Source: Promethearchaeota archaeon (GTDB lineage: Archaea; Asgardarchaeota; Lokiarchaeia; Sigyniarchaeales; SOKP01). Taken from it: DNA of 64,000 nt. Positions 30,124-38,290 of the stretch are shown in pieces. The notes under the pieces were generated by a model, which saw only the letters and a program-made list of their open reading frames with translations, was not told the origin of the DNA and did not search any database. Both the position numbers and the translations under genes were made by a program. Every line of letters starts with the position of its first letter. The first letter of the stretch is position 1. The DNA is taken from NCBI GenBank assembly GCA_016839765.1, contig JAEOTP010000007.1:1-64000 (forward strand). Direction: 5' to 3'.

Positions 30124-31797
30124 ATGATTTCAAACGATTATCTTTTTACTGAAATTGGCATAGATTCGTGTGCTTTTTACGCACCTAGGTCATACCTCGA
30201 TCTGCATGAACTTGCATTAGAAAGGAAAGTAGATCCAGCAAAATATTCGAAAGGATTATTATGTAAAGAAATGAGGGTCGCTGAGATCGATGAAGACGTT
30301 ATTTCTCTTGGATTAAAAGCAGGATATAATGCCTTACAAAGGGGAGGCATACACCCTAAGAGTATAGATGCTTTATTTGTAGGAACTGAAACTGAAGTGT
30401 ATGCAGCTAAGAGCATCTCTAATATATTTGCCGAAATGTTAGAGATATCACCCAATTCATTAACACAGGATGTCTATAATGCTTGCGCTGGCGGTACGCT
30501 AACAATTCTTAATGCAATCGCTTTAATTGAAAAGGAGATTATAAACAAGGCTCTCATTATTAGCACAGACATTTCTTCATATCACCTTGGTTCTTCAGGT
30601 GAACCAACTCAAGGATCAGGCGCTATTGGGCTTGTTATCTCGAAAAACCCTCGAATAGCTAAATTTAGTAAGAGTTTTGGTAAGGTTTCAGGAAGTGTTA
30701 ATGATTTTTTCAGACCTCATAATGATAAAAATGCTAGAGCGTTTGGTCGATATTCCCAAGATACATATCTAAAATTCCAGCTTGGTGCTTACGATGATTT
30801 AATCAAAAGTATTGGTGATTTTCAAGCGGATTTTTATACATTTCATGCTCCCTATTCTAAATTACCTTTAAAATGCATGCAAGAAATAATACTAAAGCGT
30901 TGGATAAAACATCTACATGATCTACCTAAATTTGAGAGAAATAAGATTAAAACTTCCATAATTAAGAAACTTGATCATTTTTTACATGATGTAGCCGTAT
31001 TACCAGAATATATTTATTTAAAACTAAAAGAGAGAGGGTATTCTTCTTCGATTTTAGAGAAACTCTCATATTGGGTGAATACTAATGTAAAAGAAAGAGT
31101 ACTTCCTCAACTAAATGTACCAATGCACTTTGGTAATATGTACAATGCTTCATTATGGGCTCAAATTATATATCTTCTTGAGAATTATGCTCGTGCTAAT
31201 GATACAATATACTTTGGTTCTTATGGCTCAGGAGCTACCTGTATTTCTGGTCTTTTAAAAGTCCAAAATGAGTTTAATGAAATTACTCAAAAAAGCCCCC
31301 ATATTAATGATTTTATAAAAATAAAGACGAGAGTAAGCGTTCAAGAATATGAATTAATGAAAAATGGTAGTGCTAAAACACAGATATCATTGGGTCATAT
31401 AGTTGAGCATGAGCAAAATAATAATAGAGGTTTTACACTTCATTTCTGTGATGAGGGGTGCCTTATCCCAAATATAGAGGGTTTAGATCACTGTCCTAAA
31501 GGACATTCTGGCTATCATAAAAGATTTTTCCCTCTCTTTGCGAAGTTAGATAGTGATCCAATTTTTCGTTCAAATGATGATCTAAAATATTTGTGTGAAG
31601 ACCTGGTAAGAGTAGCTACTAATGCACGGAAAGGTGATTCTTTAGAATATGAAATAAGGAGATTTGAGAATAAAAACGAGCAAAATATTAACGCAAAAGG
31701 ATTATTAAATTGGATTCCTGTATATATAACTATACCTGAAGACCATTTAATAAAGAGAGGTAATCAAATCCAAGATATACCCATTCCTCTTGAGTGA
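30124..31797 (+). CDS. mvaS: Hydroxymethylglutaryl-CoA synthase with C-terminal Cys/His-containing extension
   Basis: VGTET (Glu), YNACAGG (Cys), FHAPYSK (His), GEPTQGSGA, GNMYNAS, SYGSGA. Confidence 0.9.
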   Translation: MISNDYLFTEIGIDSCAFYAPRSYLDLHELALERKVDPAKYSKGLLCKEMRVAEIDEDVISLGLKAGYNALQRGGIHPKSIDALFVGTETEVYAAKSISNIFAEMLEISPNSLTQDVYNACAGGTLTILNAIALIEKEIINKALIISTDISSYHLGSSGEPTQGSGAIGLVISKNPRIAKFSKSFGKVSGSVNDFFRPHNDKNARAFGRYSQDTYLKFQLGAYDDLIKSIGDFQADFYTFHAPYSKLPLKCMQEIILKRWIKHLHDLPKFERNKIKTSIIKKLDHFLHDVAVLPEYIYLKLKERGYSSSILEKLSYWVNTNVKERVLPQLNVPMHFGNMYNASLWAQIIYLLENYARANDTIYFGSYGSGATCISGLLKVQNEFNEITQKSPHINDFIKIKTRVSVQEYELMKNGSAKTQISLGHIVEHEQNNNRGFTLHFCDEGCLIPNIEGLDHCPKGHSGYHKRFFPLFAKLDSDPIFRSNDDLKYLCEDLVRVATNARKGDSLEYEIRRFENKNEQNINAKGLLNWIPVYITIPEDHLIKRGNQIQDIPIPLE

Positions 31798-31824
31798 ATC
31801 AAATCAATACCATTTTCAAAAATT

Positions 31825-32157
31825 CTAATCTTCGATATAATTATTTAAAAATTTTTCAACTTCATTATTAGAATTATTAATAAGTTTTTCAATATCTTCG
31901 TTTGTAGCATTATCGAGATGGATTCCTACAATAACTATCACTGTTTTCTTAATTTCCTTTGAAATCTTTTCTGCTAATGGTTTAGCGATTTCACCATCTT
32001 TATGACCATAAACACTAAGCAAGCTTGCACTTGAAGTTTGTTTATAAGGAATTGCTAGTGCAACAGCTCCGATATGAGGTTTATTTCCTCCCGTCAGCAT
32101 GAGAACTAAGTCATCTCCCATTTCAAAAGAATTTAAATCGACTTTCCATTTATTCAA
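31825..32157 (-). CDS. lpdD: LpdD-like prenylated-flavin chaperone
   Basis: LTGGNKPHIGAVALA, GHKD, GIHLDNAT motifs; overlaps the ubiX stop codon. Confidence 0.7.
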   Translation of the reverse strand: MNKWKVDLNSFEMGDDLVLMLTGGNKPHIGAVALAIPYKQTSSASLLSVYGHKDGEIAKPLAEKISKEIKKTVIVIVGIHLDNATNEDIEKLINNSNNEVEKFLNNYIED

Positions 32158-32701
32158 CTCCCCACCTCTTTATATCACTTTCTATACCAATTTGATCAAG
32201 AATCCGCCCTACTGTATATTCGATAAGTTCTTCAACAGATCTTGGTTTGATATAGTAAGAGGGAACTGGAGGGGCTATTACTACTCCTAATTTGGCGAGT
32301 TTGAGCATATTTTCAAGATGAATCGCGCTTAAAGGGCTTTCTCTTACTATTAAAATTAATTTTCTCTTTTCTTTAATATTGACATCAGCAGCTCTGGTAA
32401 TTAAGTTGTTAGCGTAACCATGAGCAATGGCTGCTAATGTTTTCATAGTACAAGGTACAATAATCATAGCATCAAGTTTATGGGAACCACTTGCAGGAGG
32501 AGCTTCTAAATCATTTACATCATAGGTTTTAGAAGCCAGATCAATAATATCTGAAATACTTAGTTCTGTTTCAGTATTTAATACTAATTCTGCAGCTTTT
32601 GATATGATTAATTCTGTTGAAATTTTTTTTTCTTTTAGGACCTTTAATAATTTAATAGCAATCAAAACCCCTGTAGCACCTGTAATTGCAACAAGAATCA
32701 T
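32150..32701 (-). CDS. ubiX: Flavin prenyltransferase UbiX
   Basis: VAITGATG, ASGS, PCTMKTL, RAADV, RESPL, HLENM. Confidence 0.95.
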   Translation of the reverse strand: MILVAITGATGVLIAIKLLKVLKEKKISTELIISKAAELVLNTETELSISDIIDLASKTYDVNDLEAPPASGSHKLDAMIIVPCTMKTLAAIAHGYANNLITRAADVNIKEKRKLILIVRESPLSAIHLENMLKLAKLGVVIAPPVPSYYIKPRSVEELIEYTVGRILDQIGIESDIKRWGVE

Positions 32702-32901
32702 TACTAATCACTAAAATTTTTACATTAACTTTTTCTTAATAATAATAGGTATTTAGGGATAATAATTATTTTATGTAAATATTTCAAAATTTATTTTCGC
32801 AGCAATTTCTTATAGAAAGAAAATAAATTCACATTAAAAAACTCTATAACTATTAAATATAATATATTATTTAAATTAGCAAAAAAATTGGTTGTGATAA
32901 A

Positions 32902-34182
32902 ATGAGTAAATTCCATTCTGATATCTCAGGTTTTTATAAACTATCCTTAAGAGAACGGCAAAAAACTCTTTCTGAGCTTGTTAATCTTGATGATGAAGAG
33001 GTCAAATTACTTAAAAATTTTGGATATTTCAAAGAGACACAAATTGATACTTTAATTGAAAACGTTGTTGGATCTTATCAATTACCCATTGGGATTGCGT
33101 GTAATTTTAGAATTAATAACAAGGATTACTTGATTCCTATGGTAATAGAGGAACCTTCCGTTGTTGCAGCAGCTTCAAACGCAGCAAGAATTGCTCGAAA
33201 ACATGGAGGATTTTTTTCAGAAAAAGTAGATTCAATTATGATATCTCAAATCCAAATAACCAATCTTACTGATGTTGAACAAGCTAAAAAAATTTTGTTA
33301 GAGAATAAAAAGAATATATTGAAGATTGCTAATGACCAAGATCCAATCTTAGTAAAACTTGGTGGAGGAGCATATGATTTTGAACTCAGAGATATTTATA
33401 CAAGAAAAGGTGTTATGTTAATAATTCATTTATTAGTCAATGTTTTAGATGCTATGGGTGCTAATGTAGTCAATACTATGGCTGAGTCTGTTACGCCTTA
33501 TATCGAGGAGTTATGTGAGGGTAAAGTTAATCTACGAATCGTATCAAATTTAGCCATTCATAGACTGGCAAAATGTAAAGCTAAATTTGACAAAGTCTTA
33601 TTAGGTGGAGAAGAAGTTGTAAAAGGTATAGTTAATGCATATGAATTTGCCCTTGCTGATCCATATCGTGCCACAACTCATAATAAAGGAATAATGAATG
33701 GAATAACTGCTCTAACTTTAGCAACTGGGAATGATACACGAGCTATAGAATCTGGAGCTCATGCTTATGCTTCATTAAAAGGTAATTATTCTCCATTGAC
33801 TAATTTTGAAGTTGATGCAGAAGGAAATTTAATAGGTGAAATTAAGATTCCACTTGCTTTAGGAATTATTGGCGGGATGACAAAATTACATCCAATGGCG
33901 CGATTAAATCTAAAAATTCTAGGTGTAAAATCAGCTGCAGAGTTATCTCAAGTTGCAGCTGCAGTAGGACTAGCTCAAAACGTTGCAGCATTAAGAGCTT
34001 TAGCGGCTGAAGGTATTCAGAGAGGTCATATGGCACTTCATTCTCGTAATATTGCAAAATTAGCTGGAGTGCCTGAGAATCTTATTGATCAAGTAGCAAA
34101 AAAATTAGTTAAAGATAACAAAATTAGGATTGATTATGCTAAAGAAATATTACAAAAAATTATCGATAAGAAAAACCTTTAG
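32902..34182 (+). CDS. mvaA: HMG-CoA reductase, class II
   Basis: IENVVG, PMVIEEPSVVAAAS, DAMGANVVNT, RATTHNKG, GIQRGHMALH. Confidence 0.95.
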   Translation: MSKFHSDISGFYKLSLRERQKTLSELVNLDDEEVKLLKNFGYFKETQIDTLIENVVGSYQLPIGIACNFRINNKDYLIPMVIEEPSVVAAASNAARIARKHGGFFSEKVDSIMISQIQITNLTDVEQAKKILLENKKNILKIANDQDPILVKLGGGAYDFELRDIYTRKGVMLIIHLLVNVLDAMGANVVNTMAESVTPYIEELCEGKVNLRIVSNLAIHRLAKCKAKFDKVLLGGEEVVKGIVNAYEFALADPYRATTHNKGIMNGITALTLATGNDTRAIESGAHAYASLKGNYSPLTNFEVDAEGNLIGEIKIPLALGIIGGMTKLHPMARLNLKILGVKSAAELSQVAAAVGLAQNVAALRALAAEGIQRGHMALHSRNIAKLAGVPENLIDQVAKKLVKDNKIRIDYAKEILQKIIDKKNL

Positions 34183-34263
34183 TTTTATAAAAAGTGGTTC
34201 ATAAACTTCTCTAGTTAAAACCTTTATTATTCGTAATACTATCATTATAAAAAATGATTTGAG

Positions 34264-35574
34264 TTGATAAATTTGGGATTTAGACAATATTTAAATAAAA
34301 TTGAAGAAAGCGGACTTCTTAAAAAAATAGATGTTGATGTTTCAAAGAAATTAGAGATTTCAGGTATTTTAAAAGAATTAGAGCCAACCCCCGTATTGTT
34401 TAATAATGTCAATGAATCTGAGTTCCGAGTAGTTGGCAATATGTTTTGTACTAAAAATGTAATTGCTTCATATTTCGGTGTGACTCCAGCAGATCTTATT
34501 CCTATGCTTTCTAAAGCGATTAAAGAAAGAAAAGAACCTGAGGTTATATCAAAGGCCCCCTGCCAAGAAGTAGTCGAATCAAATGTAGATTTAGATAAAG
34601 TTCCAATATTATTCCACTGTGAAAAGGATGGGGGGAATTATATAAGCTCAGCTGTAGTTGTCACTAAGGATCCTGATTATGGGCAAAATTTGGATTTTCA
34701 TAGAGCTATGCAGATTTCTAAAGAAAAATTTACGACTAGAATAGTAAAAGGACGTCACTTTTACAAATTTTTAGAAAAGAATGGTGAATTGGACGTAGCT
34801 TTTTGTATAGGGAATTCTCCAAATATTCTTATTGCTGGAGCTACTTCTGTTGATATTGGGGTAGATGAATTGACAATTGCTAATGCATTAGAACCAATTA
34901 AACTTGTTAAGGCAAATTCTGTTGATTTATTAATTCCTGCAGAAACTGAATTTGTTTTAGAGGGACGAGTATTTTCGGAAGAAAGATATGCTGAGGGACC
35001 TTTTGTTGATTTAACTGAAACATATGATGTAGTGAGAGATGAACCTGTTTTTGAAGTTAAGAAAATCACACATAGAAAAGATGCAATTTGGCAAGCATTA
35101 TTACCAGGTGCCCTAGAGCATAAGATTTTAATGGGAATGCCCCGTGAGCCAACCATTTTTAATAAAGTGAATGAATCAGGCGTAAAATGTCTAGATGTAA
35201 ACATTAATCCGGGAGGATGCTCATGGCTTCATGCCATTGTAAAAATTGACAAGTCTTCAGAAGAGGATGGTAAAAAAGCAATTTATGGCGCTTTTGCTGG
35301 TCATAGTAGCTGTAAACATGTCTTTGTTGTAGATAAAGATATTGATATCTATGACCCATTATCCGTGGAATGGGCAATGGCAACTCGTTTTCAAGGAGAT
35401 TTAAGAATGGTAATTAAAGATAAAGAACCGGGTAGTAGTTTAGATCCAAGTGCTGAACCAGGCACAAAAATGACTACGAAAATTGGCTTTGATTTCACAA
35501 AACCACTTGTTACTAAGGGTAAGAGTTTTGACTTAGCCAAATTTCCTAAAGTTGACATAGATAAATATCTTTAA
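34264..35574 (+). CDS. ubiD: UbiD-family decarboxylase, probable anhydromevalonate phosphate decarboxylase
   Basis: FHR, EGPFVD, VVDKDIDIYD, VEWAMATR, GSSLDPS; operon with the AcnX subunits and mvk. Confidence 0.88.
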   Translation: MINLGFRQYLNKIEESGLLKKIDVDVSKKLEISGILKELEPTPVLFNNVNESEFRVVGNMFCTKNVIASYFGVTPADLIPMLSKAIKERKEPEVISKAPCQEVVESNVDLDKVPILFHCEKDGGNYISSAVVVTKDPDYGQNLDFHRAMQISKEKFTTRIVKGRHFYKFLEKNGELDVAFCIGNSPNILIAGATSVDIGVDELTIANALEPIKLVKANSVDLLIPAETEFVLEGRVFSEERYAEGPFVDLTETYDVVRDEPVFEVKKITHRKDAIWQALLPGALEHKILMGMPREPTIFNKVNESGVKCLDVNINPGGCSWLHAIVKIDKSSEEDGKKAIYGAFAGHSSCKHVFVVDKDIDIYDPLSVEWAMATRFQGDLRMVIKDKEPGSSLDPSAEPGTKMTTKIGFDFTKPLVTKGKSFDLAKFPKVDIDKYL

Positions 35575-35592
35575 TTTTTGGAGGTAATGAAA

Positions 35593-36786
35593 ATGAAATT
35601 AACTTCTGAAGATCAAGATATGTTGGATGGTAAATATGGAAAGGCCACCCAAAAATCAATGGAAATTTTAACCATACTTGGTGAAATATTTGAAGCTGAA
35701 GATATGATTGATGTGGTGGGTGTTCAGATCGCAGGTGTGTCCTATGACAATCTTGGAGAAGCAGGATTGGAATTCTTAAGCGAGATGGCAGAAGATGGAA
35801 AGGTTAGAGTCTTAACTACATTAAATCCAGCAGGAATGGATCGTGAAAATTGGCGAGCATTGGGTATTGATGAAGAATTTGCTAAGAATCAAAATCGCGC
35901 TCTCGATGCTTTTGCTAAAATGGGGATAATTACAACCTGTTCTTGTACGCCTTACTTAATTGGTAATACGCCTCATTATGGTCAGCATCTTGCATGGGCT
36001 GAAAGTAGCGCGGTATGTTATGCTAATTCCGTTATTGGTGCTCGAAGTAATCGTGAAGGCGGCCCAAGTGCTCTAGCATCAGCTTTGACCGGAATAACAC
36101 CTAGATATGGGTATCATTTGGATAAAAATCGTCAAGGGGAAGTTTTAATTAAAGTTAACGCTCCAGTTAAAGGAACCGATGAATTTGGAGTTTTAGGAAA
36201 AATAATAGGTGATAAATTAGTTAAATTAGGCAAAAAAATACCATACATAACAGGTATCCCTTCTGCTTCAATTGAAGAACTCAAGTCATTTTGTGCTTCC
36301 GTTGCTACTTATGGTGGAACTGCACTATTCCACATGGAAAGAATAACTCCCGAATTCGATACATACCCTAAACCAAGCGATATCGTTTTTGACATTAATC
36401 AAAGCGATCTAGATAAAGCACGTGCTGAGCTTATAGATGATCATCTTGAAATTGATTTTGTAAGTATTGGCTGTCCTCACGCTTCAATACATGAAATTGC
36501 CACAATTGCAAAATTGTTAAAGGGAAAGAAAGTAAAGAAAGAATTTTGGATAACTACTGCTCGTCCAACCAAGAGAATTGCAGATGAAGTTGGTTATTCT
36601 AAAATAATTGAAATGGCAGGAGCAAAATTTGCAGCAGATACTTGCTGTGTTGTAGCCCCAATTAAAGGACGTTTCAAGGGTATAATGGTTGACTCCGCTA
36701 AAGCATGTTATTATGGTCGTGCAAAGAATAAATTTAAAGTAAAAATAGGAAAAATTGAAGAATGTGTTGAGGAGGCTACAAAATGA
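35593..36786 (+). CDS. Phosphomevalonate dehydratase large subunit (aconitase X, DUF521)
   Basis: QIAGVSY, TTLNP, CSCTPY, WAESSA, NREGGP, IGCPHAS, DTCCVV; GGAGGT SD at 35580-35585 favours ATG 35593 over TTG 35578. Confidence 0.9.
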   Translation: MKLTSEDQDMLDGKYGKATQKSMEILTILGEIFEAEDMIDVVGVQIAGVSYDNLGEAGLEFLSEMAEDGKVRVLTTLNPAGMDRENWRALGIDEEFAKNQNRALDAFAKMGIITTCSCTPYLIGNTPHYGQHLAWAESSAVCYANSVIGARSNREGGPSALASALTGITPRYGYHLDKNRQGEVLIKVNAPVKGTDEFGVLGKIIGDKLVKLGKKIPYITGIPSASIEELKSFCASVATYGGTALFHMERITPEFDTYPKPSDIVFDINQSDLDKARAELIDDHLEIDFVSIGCPHASIHEIATIAKLLKGKKVKKEFWITTARPTKRIADEVGYSKIIEMAGAKFAADTCCVVAPIKGRFKGIMVDSAKACYYGRAKNKFKVKIGKIEECVEEATK

Positions 36787-37175
36787 AGCTAAATGGAAGA
36801 AAAATATATAAGGGGAAAACTAAAGGAAAAACAATAGTCACCAAAGACGGAATTTCGTTTTATGGAGGCATAGATCCCGATACTGGAATAGTTGTGGAAG
36901 TTGGACATGAATTAGAAGGCCAATCTGTTTCTGGTAAAATATTAGTATTTCCAACTGGAAAAGGTTCTACTGTGGGGTCTTATACTATGTATCGAATGAA
37001 GAAGAATAATACAGCTCCTCTAGCTATAATTAACGAAAAGATCGATACGATCATTGCAGTGGGATGTATAATAAGCGAAATTCCATGCGTGGATATGATC
37101 GATATTAACTTAATAAAAAATGAACAGGAAGTTGTTGTCAATGGTTCTGAAGGAACTGTTGAAATTATAGATTAA
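36783..37175 (+). CDS. Phosphomevalonate dehydratase small subunit (aconitase X swivel domain, DUF126)
   Basis: ISFYGGIDPDTG, GKILVFPTGKGSTVGS; ATGA overlap with the large subunit. Confidence 0.92.
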   Translation: MKLNGRKIYKGKTKGKTIVTKDGISFYGGIDPDTGIVVEVGHELEGQSVSGKILVFPTGKGSTVGSYTMYRMKKNNTAPLAIINEKIDTIIAVGCIISEIPCVDMIDINLIKNEQEVVVNGSEGTVEIID

Positions 37176-37254
37176 TTAAAAAAAAAAAAATTTATATTTT
37201 TTTATAATAATTATTCAAGATAAATAACCAAATTATGTAGAGAAGGTGAAATTT

Positions 37255-38221
37255 TTGGGAACTGGAAAAGGGTATGGAAAGACTATTCTTTTTGGCGAAT
37301 TTTTCCTCCCAATTCGGGAATAAACGCTAACATTTTGTAGTTTATGGTCTTCCAGCAATCGCATCCGCTATCGGTTCTAAGACAATCGCTACTGTTAAAG
37401 CAGTCAATGGCGAAGGATGGACAGTAGATGACCAACGAATAGCAACACCAGGTTATAAGGATAAAAAATTTAAAGAGGCCCAACAAGCTATTATTAACGT
37501 TATTAAATACTTAAATATTGATATTATTAATAATAAACTTGAGATTACTTTTACAGGAGATTTAGTAGCAGCAAGTGGAGTGGGAGCTTCTGCAGCTCAA
37601 TGTACTTCTCTTGCTCGTGCACTCAGTGAGGAATTTAATCTTAATTTAGATGATGAAAAAATAAATGAAGCTGCTTATTCAGGTGAAATGGCATACCATG
37701 GAACTCCATCTGGCATCGATAATACCGCATCCACATATGGAGGATTAATTTGGTTTGTGAAAAGTTTAAGTGGAGGAAAAAACACCATTGATCGTCTCAA
37801 ATCTGCCGAAAAAATGCATTTAATTATAGCAAATACGGGCATAACTGCTTCTACTGCTGAGGTTGTTGCAGATGTTCGTAAATTGAGAGAAGAGAATCCA
37901 GAAAAGTTTAATAAAATATTCAATAAATATGAAAAAATCGCAAAAAATGCAAAAAATGCATTAATTAAAGGCGATAGGGATTCTGTTGGAAAATTAATGA
38001 ATCAAAATCATAAATTATTACAATTAATATCAGTTTCATCTGAGATTAATGACAAAATTGTCGATATTGCCTTAAATAATGGAGCAATAGGAGCAAAAAT
38101 GACTGGGACTGGTCGAGGGGGATTAGTAATAGCTTTAACCTTAGATGAAAATAATCAAAAAAGTGTTTCTGCTACTATCGAGAAGGAGGGTTTTTCAACA
38201 TGGAAAACAACTATTGGTTAA
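37255..38221 (+). CDS. mvk: Mevalonate kinase, interrupted: exon 1 37255-37299, exon 2 37331-38221 (311 aa if spliced)
   Basis: AGGTGA SD then TTG 37255; exon 1 MGTGKGYGKTILFGE joins exon 2 HFVVYGLPAIASAIG; GHMP motifs ASGVGASAA, HGTPSGIDN, GAKMTGTGRGG. Confidence 0.9.
37300..37330 (+). other. Putative 31-nt bulge-helix-bulge (BHB) pre-mRNA intron in mvk
   Basis: Central helix GGCG(37294-97)/CGCU(37325-28); 3-nt bulges AAU and AAC; cutting after the second bulge nucleotide gives GAA|CAT; internal UCCC/GGGA hairpin; in-frame TAA at 37321. Confidence 0.8.
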
Positions 38222-38290
38222 ATTATTATGTTTTAAATCTAAATCAAAATTACTTAAATCATTTATTTCATTTTTAGATGGGTATTAGAT

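Noticed and set aside
37177-37203. A-run and T-rich tract upstream of mvk as a structured RNA or phase-variation tract
   Set aside because: Intergenic low-complexity AT sequence; at most a terminator-like tract.
37283-37486. Antisense 67-aa ORF over the mvk 5' region
   Set aside because: Shadow of the mvk coding strand with no recognisable motifs.
37255-38221. mvk as a frameshifted pseudogene, or as a 213-aa protein starting at GTG 37580
   Set aside because: Both exons are otherwise intact, the 37580 start falls inside the ATP-binding motif, and the insert has exact BHB cut-site geometry.
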